DNA of 64,000 bases from assembly GCF_026151205.1 (NCBI RefSeq), contig NC_087080.1:4874797-4938796 (forward strand). The letters run 5' to 3'. Origin of the DNA: Bolinopsis microptera. Taxonomy: Eukaryota. The position numbers were made by a program, and so were the translations under genes. The notes under the pieces are model-generated. The model ran no database searches and was not told the origin of the DNA. It saw nothing but the letters and a program-made list of their open reading frames with translations. Below are positions 43,797 through 55,429 of the stretch, in pieces. The first letter of the stretch is position 1; each line of letters starts with the position of its first letter.

Positions 43797-44460
43797 CTCC
43801 TGACCAAACGAGTGCCGAAGGCACGAGTTTTTTCGGAAGTTCTATAAATTGCTTATGGTACGGCACAAGACGACATGCAGTCTTGGGAACATTTTCCGTC
43901 CAAAATTTTGAAATTTAGTGCATTTTAACCGTGTCAAATTGGCAAAAAACTGTACCTACTTCCGACACAAAGTGTTCATTGTCCAATGAGCATCCTGCCA
44001 TGCTCAATGCTGCTACCATTGTGCTACTCTCGTGGTTGCGGCCACATGACAGCATACCAAACTCCTATTGGACAGCGCATTTCTGTCACGTGACGATTTG
44101 GTTGTTGATACTTATAGCTTTATAGAGTACTGTATTTCAGAAATAGCATTTTTGGAATACTGTATGTTATAAAATGTTAAATTTATGTTAAATTCCTTTA
44201 TGAAATTGTAATCCCTTTGCGATCTACTCTTCTAATTTCCAACGATAACATTGATATTTCAAGCTTGACTCAACCCTTGCTGTTCTCTCAAACTATAAGG
44301 ATGTGAATTGTGAATCTAATCTTGCTTGAGCATGAAACCCAGCCCTTCTCGCTGGTTAATGTAGGTCACGTTATCTATCAAGTGACTGTACCTCGTGACT
44401 GCGTCACTCGGTTACCACGTGCCCGACAAACTGGTGCCGTACCATAAGTTCCGGAGTTTT
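43797..44460. mobile_element. Candidate non-autonomous TIR element (about 660 bp)
   Basis: ggaagttctataaattgcttatggtacggcac at about 43840 versus gtgccgtaccataagttccggagtttt at about 44431 (inverted). Contains only a 64-aa ORF. Confidence 0.3.
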
Positions 44461-44719
44461 GCGTTTGATTAAGAACAGACAAGCCAGTCTTGACCTTTAG
44501 CGAGCCTATTTTTACCATTTGTGTCATCAAAATGTGTTATTCTCCATCGGTGAAGGGGTTTACTCGATTGATACCTTTTAACCTATCTTGATCTAGTTTT
44601 ACAAAATTTGAATCCTCTTCAGCGAAAAATGAAGTCGTCTTGTACCCTTTGTCCTTAGATTTGACACTGGACATTGAACCAAAACGAATGCTCAATTTAA
44701 CTTCAGTTTGACAGGGCAG

Positions 44720-44886
44720 ATGGGTTTTCTGAAAAAGCTGAAGGAGTCCACAGCAAACAAGAGAGCTTTACTTGTCATTACCGTACTTATATTGGTGCTG
44801 GTGATAGTAGTTATTTCAGTTGTGGTTACCACTGTTGGTAAAACTAAAAGTGAACCATCCTATGGAACACCTTGGGAAAATCCCAG
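44720..44886 (+). CDS. Aminopeptidase N-like (M1 family) exon 1: cytoplasmic tail + signal-anchor TM
   Basis: MGFLKKLKESTANKRALLVITVLILVLVIVVISVVVTTVGKTKSEPSYGTPWENPR. Type II membrane topology as in APN. Donor cccag|gttatt. Confidence 0.7.
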
Positions 44887-45212
44887 GTTATTGTGACCAC
44901 ATGTTATTTAATTTTATTATTGTTGATTTATCAATTTACAAATATAGTGGCCACTCGAGCACAGATCAACTCCAATCATATTCCGAAAGGTCCCTTACCT
45001 TCATTTGGCACAATTTTGAACGAAATTTATTTCGGAGGTCCGGACTTTTTTATATTGATTTAGGTTGTAGAACATTGAATATGAAAGCCAATAAAATATT
45101 GAAAATCAGATATATACAACTGAGGACAAACCATTAACTGCAAACTAAATTGAGTATTGTTTTAAACTTCTTTCTCCAAGTCTACTAAGTAATATCACTG
45201 CAAACCTCACAG

Positions 45213-45303
45213 GTTACGGACGGACGTGAAACCTAAGCATTACAACATTACGCTCCAAATAGACGTGACACATGAGACTTTCTCGGGGAAAGAAACTATC
45301 GAG
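45213..45303 (+). CDS. Aminopeptidase N-like exon 2
   Basis: (R)LRTDVKPKHYNITLQIDVTHETFSGKETIE versus human APN [37 protein letters not shown]. Phases consistent. Confidence 0.7.
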
Positions 45304-45463
45304 GTAGAAATTGTTTTAGATTAAAAGAGCTTATCCATTCACTTTGATGCAGAATTCAAATGAATGAATGAAATTGATCCTTTCTCCCAAAGAAAGAAAG
45401 AATGTCCAGATATTTGGATTGAAGAGGAGTATTAGAGCTGACAGCTTGTAACCGCTACCTCAG

Positions 45464-45651
45464 ATAGACATCACAGCAGCCAACATCTCTACGATAGTAC
45501 TGCACGCCAATAAGATATTGATTCCTCTAGACTCCTCCTACCTGAGATTGTACTACAAGACTGTAGGTTCAGAAGATGAAAAGGAACATGATATAAAGAT
45601 TAAGCGTCATCATCCTTTTACAGAGAACAGCTATTACATCATTTATCTGGA
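45464..45651 (+). CDS. Aminopeptidase N-like exon 3
   Basis: IDITAANISTIVLHANKILIPLDSSYLRLYYKTVGSEDEKEHDIKIKRHHPFTENSYYIIYL(E). Donor ga|gtaaga chosen to keep phase with exon 4. Confidence 0.6.
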
Positions 45652-45777
45652 GTAAGAAAATTTAGAACAAGAGATCATTTTATTTTGATATTTGAAATAT
45701 CAAGCTGCGAACCTAAAAGTTTATCAACATGATTACAAGTACAATGCTACATATATAACGAGGTGTTATTACTTCAG

Positions 45778-45922
45778 GGAGTATCTAAAGCCGGAGGAAG
45801 GAAACAGTTATTTCCTAGACATAGATTGGAGTGGAGAGTTGAAGTACAAATTATCAGGACTTTATCTTAGCAACTATATTGAGAAGGATGTTGTTAGAAA
45901 AACTGTGTCCTCGCAGTTCCAG
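45778..45922 (+). CDS. Aminopeptidase N-like exon 4
   Basis: EYLKPEEGNSYFLDIDWSGELKYKLSGLYLSNYIEKDVVRKTVSSQFQ versus human ..GFYRSEYMEGNVRKVVATTQMQ. Donor cag|gtaaat is the seed of the downstream minisatellite. Confidence 0.7.
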
Positions 45923-47015
45923 GTAAATATTGGTTTACTAGGTTCCAGGTAAATATTGGTGTACTAGGTTCCAGGTAAATATTGGTGTACTAGGTTCCAG
46001 GTAAATGTTGGTGTACTAGGTTCCAGGTAAATATTGGTGTACTAGGTTCCAGGTAAATGTTGGTGTACTAGGTTCCAGGTAAATATTGGTGTACTAGGTT
46101 CCAGGTAAATATTGGTGTACTAGGTTCCAGGTAAATATTGGTGTACTAGGTTCCAGGTAAATGTTGGCGTACTAGGTTCCAGGTAAATGTTGGTGTACTA
46201 GGTTCCAGGTAAATATTGGTGTACTAGGTTCCAGGTAAATATTGGTGTACTAGGTTCCAGGTAAATGTTGGTGTACTAGGTTCCAGGTAAATGTTGGTGT
46301 ACTAGGTTCCAGGTAAATGTTGGTGTACTAGGTTCCAGGTAAATATTGGTGTACTAGGTTCCAGGTAAATATTGGTGTACTAGGTTCCAGGTAAATATTG
46401 GTGTACTAGGTTCCAGGTAAATGTTGGTGTACTAGGTTCCAGGTAAATGTTGGTGTACTAGGTTCCAGGTAAATATTGGTGTACTAAGTTCCAGGTAAAT
46501 ATTGGTGTACTAGGTTCCAGGTAAATGTTGGTGTACTAGGTTCCAGGTAAATATTGGTGTACTAGGTTCCAGGTAAATGTTGGTGTACTAAGTTCCAGGT
46601 AAATATTGGTGTACTAGGTTCCAGGTAAATGTTGGTGTACTAGGTTCCAGGTAAATATTGGTGTACTAGGTTCCAGGTAAATGTTGGTGTACTAGGTTCC
46701 AGGTAAATATTGGTGTACTAGGTTCCAGGTAAATGTTGGTGTACTAGGTTCCAGGTAAATATTGGTGTACTAGGTTCCAGGTAAATGTTGGTGTACTAGG
46801 TTCCAGGTAAATGTTGGTGTACTAGGTTCCAGGTAAATATTGGTGTACTAGGTTCAAGGTAAATGTTGGTGTACTAGGTTCCAGGTAAATGTTGGTGTAC
46901 TAGGTTCCAGGTAAATGTTGGTGTACTAGGTTCCAGGTAAATGTTGGTGTACTAGGTTCCAGGTAAATGTTGGTGTACTAGGTTCCAGGTAAATGTTGGT
47001 GTACTAGCTTACTAG
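45917..47015. repeat. 26-bp minisatellite (GTAAATATTGGTGTACTAGGTTCCAG)n, about 42 copies, in APN intron 4
   Basis: Each unit contains ttccag|gtaaat, a copy of the exon 4 / intron 4 boundary. a/g variants at position 6 (gtaaatattgg versus gtaaatgttgg). Confidence 0.95.
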
Positions 47016-47138
47016 GTTCGTCCGTTTTGGTAAAAGAGACAACATTTAATAATATGCCATCGTTTAATAAAATATGTGGTCAAAAATTGTAAAGTATTGA
47101 GGAAGATATCATCTTTTTATATTGGAAAACTATTTCAG

Positions 47139-49466
47139 CCCGTATCAGCACGAGAGGCATTTCCTTGTTTTGACGAACCCGAATTCAAAGCAACCTTCGA
47201 CATGACTATAATTGCTGAGAAAAACTACTCCTTCGTTACCTGGAACACAGAACAGATCGGAGATACGATTACAAAAACAAAAGGCGGAAGAGACTGGCAA
47301 ACACTGAAGTTTGCGAGATCCCCCATCATGTCCACTTATGTGATGGCATTCGTCGTTGCTAATTATAACTGTGAAGAAAAGACTACTCAAAGTAACCTTG
47401 GTGACAAAAAGAATATTTTGCTGAGGGTATGTGGACGACCCTCCCTGATAAACAATGGTTATGCCACATATGCTTTGGAAACAGGGGAAACGATTTTGAA
47501 ATATTTTGAAACTTATTTCAATCAGCCTTATCCGCTGAGCAAATGTGATCATGTGGGGATATCGGACTTTGAGGCTGGAGCCATGGAGAACTGGGGACTC
47601 ATTATCTATCGAGAAGAATACCTTTTGTTCAACCCGGAAAACGATCCAACTAAGTCGAAGGGGCAGGTGAATTTAGTGGTGAGCCATGAGTTAGCACATA
47701 TGTGGTTCGGGAACTTGGTCACGATGGAGTGGTGGAACGACATTTGGCTGAATGAGGGGTTTGCAACCTACGTTCAGAGTCTAGGTACGGAGGACAGTAC
47801 GGATTATGTTAACGACCCGTTCTTGATGAATGAGTGGCGCGTCACCTCGATGTCTCAGGATAGCTACCTTTCCTCTCGTCCTGCCTCGGTCATTGTCACG
47901 GATCCGGGAAATGTGCACCATCTCTTTGATGCCATAGCGTACAACAAGGGGGCTTCTCTTCTCCGTCAAATGAACATGGTGATGGATGATACGGCAGGTG
48001 ACAACGAGAAAGATACAAGCTTCCAGGACGGAGTGAAGGAATATCTTGTTGAGAACAAATATTCCAACGCGGATCAATCCCAGCTGTACGGGACGCTCGA
48101 CAAGTTCTTTACATCCAAATCTGTTCCAAAAGTAACCGTGGAACAGATCATGAAAACCTGGACTCTTCAGATGAACTTCCCAGTGGTGACTGTCGAACAG
48201 TATGACAATGACAACCTGATTCTGTCTCAAAGAAGGTTTCTGATAGCAGATGAAGGCCAGAGCGAGGGATCCCAAACATCACCCTACGCTTACCAATGGT
48301 ATGTTCCGATCAAGTATAAGACTCACATAGAAAATGCTGTAGAGCCAGAACTTTCTAGTTTGAAGTGGATCCGTCCGAATGGACACCTTGTCACGCCAAT
48401 TGCTGCAGAAGAGAGCATTTTTGTAAATTGGGACGGGAATGGATTTTACGTGACATCGTACAGCTTGAAATTGTGGAAGAAGCTATTGACAGATCGCACT
48501 TCACTGAAGCTAAGTTCTCGAGAGATGCAAGTGCTGTTGTACGACACGTACCTGCTAGTAAATGCAGGTTACTACCCCTTATCCCGGCAACTAGAACTGC
48601 TCGGAATATTCGCAGCAAACGAGGATTACAATGTGTTGAGGGAGGCGTTCCGGCAGATTGGCATGATTTCAAGTCTTATAAAGATGGAGGAAGGTTTACT
48701 CGAGACTTGGAAAGGGAAATGGAAAGATGCATCGGCAGTACAGTACAATAAGGCTAACGCTTTAAAGAATGATGTTGAATCTGATGGTGAAAGTGAAGTA
48801 GATTATGTTAAACAATTAAGGAAGAGTTTGACTATGGATCTATGTTTGACGTATAATGATAACACAGATGTTGACGTTCTGTGTGTGAAGGCAGCTAAAA
48901 AGATTTGGGAAGAACGACACGGAGAAACTACGAAAATAGGACCCGATGATAAGGCGCCTGTTTACAGCTACGCTGCGAGGGCTTCCAGTGAGGATTGGGA
49001 TGCACTTTGGAAAATGTATGTTGATCCTTTATCAACAGCGGCGGAGAAGAAGCTGCTCGCCACAGCTATGGCTCAAACAGAGGATATAGAAACCGTTAAA
49101 AAGTACATTAGTTACTGCATGAACGATACCATAGTAAGGAAATCCAACGGGCTCTCCATCATGGGCCGGTACATTGCCACAGCTAACAGAGTCAGTGCCA
49201 CAGTCTCCCTGGACTACATGCTTAAAAACTGGCCGGCTGTCTACGAGCACTTCCAGACGTTAGGATTGGAATGTCCCAAATACATCAAGACAGTGATATC
49301 TCAGATAACGTCTGCGGAGGATCTGCAGAAGGTGAAGGATAAGTTTGAGGACCCAGAGACGGGCTACATGAATGATGTGATAAAGGCTGATTATGAGTCT
49401 GCGATGGACACTGCTAGGAACAACATTCAGTGGTTGGAGAAGAACAAAGATTCTCTAAATAAATAG
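47139..49466 (+). CDS. Aminopeptidase N-like exon 5 (about 775 aa): M1 peptidase catalytic domain and ERAP1-like C-terminal domain; stop TAG
   Basis: GAMENWGL exopeptidase motif. Zinc-binding HELAHMWFGNLVTMEWWNDIWLNEGFA (HExxH-18-E). Acceptor tatttcag|ccc joins QFQ|PVSAREAFPCFDEPEFKA (human ..[22 protein letters not shown]). Confidence 0.85.
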   Translation, partial: PVSAREAFPCFDEPEFKATFDMTIIAEKNYSFVTWNTEQIGDTITKTKGGRDWQTLKFARSPIMSTYVMAFVVANYNCEEKTTQSNLGDKKNILLRVCGRPSLINNGYATYALETGETILKYFETYFNQPYPLSKCDHVGISDFEAGAMENWGLIIYREEYLLFNPENDPTKSKGQVNLVVSHELAHMWFGNLVTMEWWNDIWLNEGFATYVQSLGTEDSTDYVNDPFLMNEWRVTSMSQDSYLSSRPASVIVTDPGNVHHLFDAIAYNKGASLLRQMNMVMDDTAGDNEKDTSFQDGVKEYLVENKYSNADQSQLYGTLDKFFTSKSVPKVTVEQIMKTWTLQMNFPVVTVEQYDNDNLILSQRRFLIADEGQSEGSQTSPYAYQWYVPIKYKTHIENAVEPELSSLKWIRPNGHLVTPIAAEESIFVNWDGNGFYVTSYSLKLWKKLLTDRTSLKLSSREMQVLLYDTYLLVNAGYYPLSRQLELLGIFAANEDYNVLREAFRQIGMISSLIKMEEGLLETWKGKWKDASAVQYNKANALKNDVESDGESEVDYVKQLRKSLTMDLCLTYNDNTDVDVLCVKAAKKIWEERHGETTKIGPDDKAPVYSYAARASSEDWDALWKMYVDPLSTAAEKKLLATAMAQTEDIETVKKYISYCMNDTIVRKSNGLSIMGRYIATANRVSATVSLDYMLKNWPAVYEHFQTLGLECPKYIKTVISQITSAEDLQKVKDKFEDPETGYMNDVIKADYESAMDTARNNIQWLEKNKDSLNK

Positions 49467-49952
49467 TGTATAGCCATAGGTATTGGGTATTAGGTAAGGT
49501 CTTTTTCCAAGTAAGGATCGATGACAGTACTGAAACCAACCATATTTCTATTTTACGTAGAAAGTGAACTCTGTAAATACGATGTAAAGAACCATGTTCT
49601 GTCATGCAGCTATCCGACTGTGTAAATGTAAAGTTGGCAATCGCACGAACATTAATGATTTAAGTACAGATAGTATAATTGATTTAACAGTTATCAGCTT
49701 TGACTTTCATGTCTGTAATTGTAATTCGTAATCAACTTTTTTACAATATTTATGTCAGTAACGTACAAAATATTTGCAGGCACTGTTGAGTGTTGGTATA
49801 ATAATAATTGATCACGGCATAGAAAATAGCAAATTTTTCTACTAAGTTTTATTAAATGATCAAACCATCGTTTATGGCTTTTCCGAACTTCTGTTCATGA
49901 GAAAAATTCTGAAGAAGAAAAAACTAACAGATAAATCAATTTCGAGAAAAAT

Positions 49953-51005
49953 TTAAGCACTCAGAGTCTGCGACTGAACAAACAATCTCCCAGCTAGAGA
50001 ACAACTGTCAGTTGAACGTCCCTTACTGAAATTGTTCTGGAGTTCTTTGAATAATATTTTCTTGAAATCTGAGCTTCTTGCAACTTTGATGATTGGGTTG
50101 AGGACAGAAGTAACAAGAGAACACACAAGACCATTGCCATAGAAAAAATAATTGGCGTGGTATGGAAATCCATGTCTGACAAAGATAGAGTAGACGAACT
50201 GTACGATCACCAGAACAACTGCTACCTGGATACCAGCTGCCAGCATGATGATCGTGATACAACTGTGCACCCTTTCTAAACAGTTCGTAGACTTCTTTTT
50301 GTAACCAATCAGTTTCATCTGGTTGATTGATTTGTAAACCTCCTTCCCTGTTATAACCGCGCAAACACACCCAGCAACAGCAATGGACATCAGAATCCCT
50401 CCAAACGCAAGCTCAGGCCAATTATTGATTTTACCAGTTTCAGTGTCGAACAAGACAAGTTTGAGGCGGTTTGTACTGTAGAGGAATCTATCCCACGTCG
50501 TATTGTAGTAGAAGTTGATACCAACAATAACCAGAGCCAGGGAAATGAATCCGAGCATGGGGAACAGAACTGAGTACCTCTTGTGCATCACTTTCAGAGG
50601 ATATTTAATAGCATAGACCCTGGCTGCAGTCATGAGAGTGGTGATACTAACACTAAGAAAGAGGATAAAGGCAAACACAGCTGAGTAAAATCTCTGACCT
50701 AGAGAGGCAGGTACTTGATGTGGCATTAGTGTTGGAGTCAGGAGTCCATAAGCCAGGTAGGGTATCAAGCAGGTTGTTGTTAAGAAGTCTATAGCATTGA
50801 GCATCTTGAAGATGAGAGCAGGAACTGTTGCTGGACGTGTACAGTGGAACCAGAATAATGCAGGGTTCAGCACCCCTGAGACTATGAAAGCGAGTATTAT
50901 TATTACCGCGAAGAAGTAGTTGATCGGACCGTCATATCTGATGTCGCCCAGTATCTGGAGGGTTTCGTTGTTGTCTCCAATCACTTTATCATCACCAAAT
51001 ATCAT
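49953..51005 (-). CDS. Seven-transmembrane GPCR-like protein, single exon, divergent (no DRY; NPIIK in TM7)
   Basis: 350-aa ORF with seven hydrophobic helices (FFAVIIILAFIVSGVL; ALIFKMLNAIDFLTTTCLIPYLAYG; FYSAVFAFILFLSVSITTLMTAARVYAI; VLFPMLGFISLALVIVGINFYY; LAFGGILMSIAVAGCVCAVITG; CITIIMLAAGIQVAVVLVIVQFVYS; FFYGNGLVCSLVTSVLNPIIKV). Confidence 0.65.
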   Translation of the reverse strand: MIFGDDKVIGDNNETLQILGDIRYDGPINYFFAVIIILAFIVSGVLNPALFWFHCTRPATVPALIFKMLNAIDFLTTTCLIPYLAYGLLTPTLMPHQVPASLGQRFYSAVFAFILFLSVSITTLMTAARVYAIKYPLKVMHKRYSVLFPMLGFISLALVIVGINFYYNTTWDRFLYSTNRLKLVLFDTETGKINNWPELAFGGILMSIAVAGCVCAVITGKEVYKSINQMKLIGYKKKSTNCLERVHSCITIIMLAAGIQVAVVLVIVQFVYSIFVRHGFPYHANYFFYGNGLVCSLVTSVLNPIIKVARSSDFKKILFKELQNNFSKGRSTDSCSLAGRLFVQSQTLSA

Positions 51006-52343
51006 CTTGTTACAGCACGGACATCAAACTAATCTGAATCATGTTCGGGTGAAAGGTTTTAGATTTACAACATAACCACAAAATAACTGATCAAATTACT
51101 GCGGAATTAAATCAAAGGATCCAACATAACCTGACTGATTTGTTTTTGACGGTCAAAGTCAACGATTTTTATTGACGGGCGCGGGCTGGCTACGCTTTAA
51201 TGTGGCTAAAACATCTCGCAAATAAGAAAAATTAAAATTGCAAACTGTTCTGGTTTCATTTGCCGTCAATTTTACGAAGTGCTTATTTTCTAGGAAAGAA
51301 AGTGATTACTATAAGCCCATACTATGTCACTTTGGCAGGTCATAACTAGACAGCTAATTGGAAGAGTGAAGACATGCAGGACAACATGAAAAGTAAGCAT
51401 TTTATAGCCTTCATTGCATTGTAACCTGTACATATATATGGCTATTGCAAACCCTTGTGCTGCACGAATGGGAAGTCTCTAGGTCCAAACTTTATATACA
51501 GCATACTATTAACTATACCCTTTTTCCTCATTTATGGAATCGAAGTACAGTTTTTCGTTAATAAATATGTGCTCATTCCAGTCATTTTTCACATATTATA
51601 GAGAAGTCTACAGAGTGTTCTATTTTTATTGTGGCCATTTTACCCCCTCAAAATTTTCTACACATCTTCCTATCAATACAATTGCTCTTGAAAGATAAGC
51701 GCATTACAAATCAGCTCTCAGGCATAACTATTCTTACCCAAACTAAATATATATTAATAAAAGAATCATTAAGTTTGTGACACAGTATACCGCCGTTGAT
51801 AATTAGCATTGAAGCACGAGAACCTGGTTAAATCCAACCAGTGACCAGTCCGGACAATACTGATTTCAATTACGCAACAGAAATGTCTTTGGCAACGTTA
51901 ACAATCACCAATTAAATCCACTTACATTAATATGCATTATCAACAGAGACACGGCTGTACGTTAAACTTAAATAATGGCAACTCGCGGGCGGATGGAAAA
52001 CAAATTATTTTACAAAGACTTCATGGATGCCCTTAATTTGCAGGAGACGTGAATAATATCGGTGAATTATCACTTAGTAGGTACGCTAAGTTGTTGGAAC
52101 TATTTGTTGCTTTAACATCGGGCCAACTTGAAATTCGGACATGAGAATTTACGACGACACATCTTTGTGAATATTATGAGTTACGGATTAATTTACCGTG
52201 CAGTTCCGGGTGAGTAGCAAACAGCAACACAGCTTGGACCATCGGTCAAAAAAAGGGTGGTAAATAATTATTGTAATCTTACTGCACAACAACGGTTAAC
52301 TTAATGTTGATTGGAAAGTAAACCGCGCAGATGAATTAATATA

Positions 52344-52425
52344 ATGGAGACGAACAGTTCGTCTCCATTGTTGTGGTGAGAGGTTTTATAGTTCGTCACG
52401 AACTATAAAACCTCTCACCACAACA
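52344..52425. repeat. Two adjacent perfect palindromes (hairpin-forming), 28 bp and about 60 bp
   Basis: aatggagacgaacagttcgtctccatt, then ttgtggtgagaggttttatagttcgtcacgaactataaaacctctcaccacaa. Confidence 0.85.
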
Positions 52426-52859
52426 ATTATACAATCATAATATTACACCCCCGCTACTACTATATATTCACATAAACATAAGCTCTATGCGGAGTAACTT
52501 CTGTCGATGTAAATAGGGTTAGGGACCATTCAAAAACTACGTCAATAACATTCTGCCTTTGTCAGTAAGTTAACACACAGCTATTGTGTGAAATAAGATT
52601 GGCGTCAGCACCACGAAGCTCCCCCCTCCCTTCCTTCTATGATGTCGACGTTATGACGTGAGGGGGTGTTCGCAACACCCTCCCTTAGGCTTAAGAGGAT
52701 TTAATAAAGTTGTACAAATTAAATTGGTGTTTAATGACACAATATCGGCACGGTGTAGTACTGTACAGTGTACATAACAAACGAATATTTAATGCTTAAG
52801 GTTAGTCAATAAAGATTTAATTATTATAATTACAGTTGATAAAGGAATATTTAATGAAT

Positions 52860-53390
52860 AATGTTAGTTAATATGCCGAATAGAGACACCTTGTATAACA
52901 AAATAAAAAGAATTCCTCTCACTACACTGTGATCAACTGAGAGCAACAACAATTCGTTAGGCCAACACCTGTCCTCCTGTTGTGTTCGATTTTTCCTTAT
53001 AAATTGTAATTGTAAATGTAGGTAACAATAGAAACTGTTCAGTTTCACGGTTTAAGCCTCACATTATAAGGCATAATTACTTTACTCGGTTACAAGTGTT
53101 ATTACTGGTCACAGTTCAATTAAATTAAAGAATAACCAGATAATCACTGATGACACAACTACGCACAGATTACATATTACCCAGTGTTTTTTGTAGACCT
53201 AAAAACATATGAGCATCAAAACTGAAACATGATTTTACCATTTTTGAAGATGATAGATTTATGTGTTTTTTTACATGACACCTGTGAAAACAAACTACTT
53301 AACTACTGGTTGGAAATTAATGATAGAAATTAGAAGTAGAAAATAATAAAAAAGATTGTAAGTAGGTATTTGGTTATAAGCTACAGTAAA
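52860..53390. repeat. About 530-bp dispersed duplicate, copy A; copy B at 55430-55980, partial copy C at 56050-56210
   Basis: aataaaaagaattcctctcactacac...gtttcacggtttaagcctcacattataaggc...aaccagataatcactgatgac...acgcacagattacatattacccagtgttttttgtagac...aaacatgattttaccatttttgaag aligns at about 85% with 55430-55980. Confidence 0.8.
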
Positions 53391-53458
53391 CCCCTGATTT
53401 ACCGTGGAGTTTGGGAGAAAAGAATTGAGCACAAGCATGCTATATCAGCACTCGCTAG

Positions 53459-53750
53459 TCCCGGAGATATGTCCCGGAGGTATGTCCAGGAGATATGTCC
53501 CGGAGATATATCCCGGAGATATTACCCGGAGATATGTCCCAGAGATATGTTCCGGAGATATGTCCCAGAGACATGTTCCGGAGACATGTTCCGGAGATAT
53601 GTCCCAGAGATATGTCCCGGAGATATGTCCCGGTGATATGTCCCGGAGATATGTCCCGGAGATAAGTCCCGGAGATATGTCCCGGAGATATGTCCCGGAG
53701 ATATGTCCCGGAGATATGCCCGGAGATATGTCCCGGAGATCCACACCTTA
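53459..53750. repeat. 13-bp minisatellite (CCCGGAGATATGT)n, about 22 copies, with GGAGACATGTT variants
   Basis: Direct visual. Generates overlapping artefact ORFs 53370-53757 on both strands. Confidence 0.95.
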
Positions 53751-53930
53751 CTCTTAGGAGCTGAAGGGATGATATCTTATCAACAGCAAAACTGGTGGCG
53801 GTGCAATAACAATATGACTGTAACTTTGCTTTGCACTGAGCCTTTATCTTATTTCTATATGTTATCGTATTTAACTAAATATTACTCGAAAACGAAAGTT
53901 AACAGTCTACGGCAATTTAACATACGGCAG

Positions 53931-54062
53931 AATCATGATCTGGTTTCAGTATGCGACCATTTAGCTCCGTGAATCATGATCTGCTCCCAGAATACGACCA
54001 TTTAGCTCCGCGAATCATGATCTGCTCTCAGAATACGACCATTTAGCTCCGCGAATCATGAA
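53931..54062. repeat. 44-bp tandem repeat x3
   Basis: gaatcatgatctgctcccagaatacgaccatttagctccgc x3. Confidence 0.9.
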
Positions 54063-54160
54063 ATCGCTCGGATGACACCTGTAACATGGTTAATTTACAG
54101 GGAGAGCTATTCTTAGTTCTACCTAGCAGTAAACAAAGGGAGCCCAACTCTGGGTTATAA

Positions 54161-55037
54161 GTAAGAACTAACTACTCACAGTTAGAAGTTACATACTATA
54201 GTAAGAACTAACTACTCACAGTTAGAAGTTACATACTATAGTAAGAACTAACTACTCACAGTTAGAAGTTACATACTATAGTAAGAACTAACTACTCACA
54301 GTTAGAAGTTACATACTATAGTAAGAACTAACTACTCACAGTTAGAAGTTACATACTATAGTAAGAACTAACTACTCACAGTTAGAAGTTACATACTATA
54401 GTAAGAACTAACTACTCACAGTTAGAAGTTACCTACTATGGTAAGAACTAACTACTCACAGTTAGAAGTTACATACTATAGTAAGAACTAACTACTCACA
54501 GTTAGAAGTTACATACTATAGTAAGAACTAACTACTCACAGTTAGAAGTTACATACTATAGTAAGAACTAACTACTCACAGTTAGAAGTTACATACTATA
54601 GTAAGAACTAACTACTCACAGTTAGAAGTTACATACTATAGTAAGAACTAACTACTCACAGTTAGAAGTTACATACTATAGTAAGAACTAACTACTCACA
54701 GTTAGAAGTTACATACTATAGTAAGAACTAACTACTCACAGTTAGAAGTTACATACTATAGTAAGAACTAACTACTCACAGTTAGAAGTTACATACTATA
54801 GTAAGAACTAACTACTCACAGTTAGAAGTTACATACTATAGTAAGAACTAACTACTCACAGTTAGAAGTTACATACTATAGTAAGAACTAACTACTCACA
54901 GTTAGAAGTTACATACTATAGTAAGAACTAACTACTCACAGTTAGAAGTTACATACTATAGTAAGAACTAACTACTCACAGTTAGAAGTTACATACTATA
55001 GTAAGAACTAACTACTCACAGTTAGAAGTTACATACT
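54161..55037. repeat. 40-bp tandem array (GTAAGAACTAACTACTCACAGTTAGAAGTTACATACTATA)n, about 22 essentially identical copies
   Basis: Only one variant copy (acctactatg at 54431). Unit is internally quasi-palindromic (aactaac...gttagaagtt). Confidence 0.95.
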
Positions 55038-55429
55038 CTGAACCATGTTAATAGCAGCTTTGTGTGTAATGAAAGGCTAGTTGAAGTCTAGATAAAGCAG
55101 ATTCTCTTGATACACGTTGTATACCTCTTGAGGCCGCCGAAGAGATGTATACAATATGTATCAAGAGAATCTACACCCAGTGCGTTGCTGGAATAGAGAC
55201 ACAGCCCTACGACTAGAAATTACATTATGAACACTTTCAAATCATCTTGCTCCATGAAAATTGATCATTCGTAGTTAAGGTTTTTAAGATTGAAGTGTTC
55301 AGTAGGGAGCATCACTGCTCTCGACAGTTAAAATGAAACAAAGCAAATTGCGAGCTAACAAATGATCAGCAAGCAAGGCAAATTGACCAGTCATTTGTTG
55401 TCTTTCACGTTTATGCCAAAGCATAAACA

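Noticed and set aside
47145-48672. Minus-strand and alternate-frame ORFs (135, 164, 128 and 93 aa) inside the aminopeptidase exon
   Set aside because: Antisense or out-of-frame shadows of the long, well-supported M1 peptidase exon.
53370-53757. Overlapping ORFs on both strands (PEICPGDMSRRYV...)
   Set aside because: Translation of the 13-bp CCCGGAGATATGT minisatellite.
45917-55037. Regularly spaced direct repeats that might suggest CRISPR arrays
   Set aside because: This is eukaryotic DNA with spliced genes. The repeats are contiguous tandem units without unique spacers, so they are minisatellites, not CRISPR.
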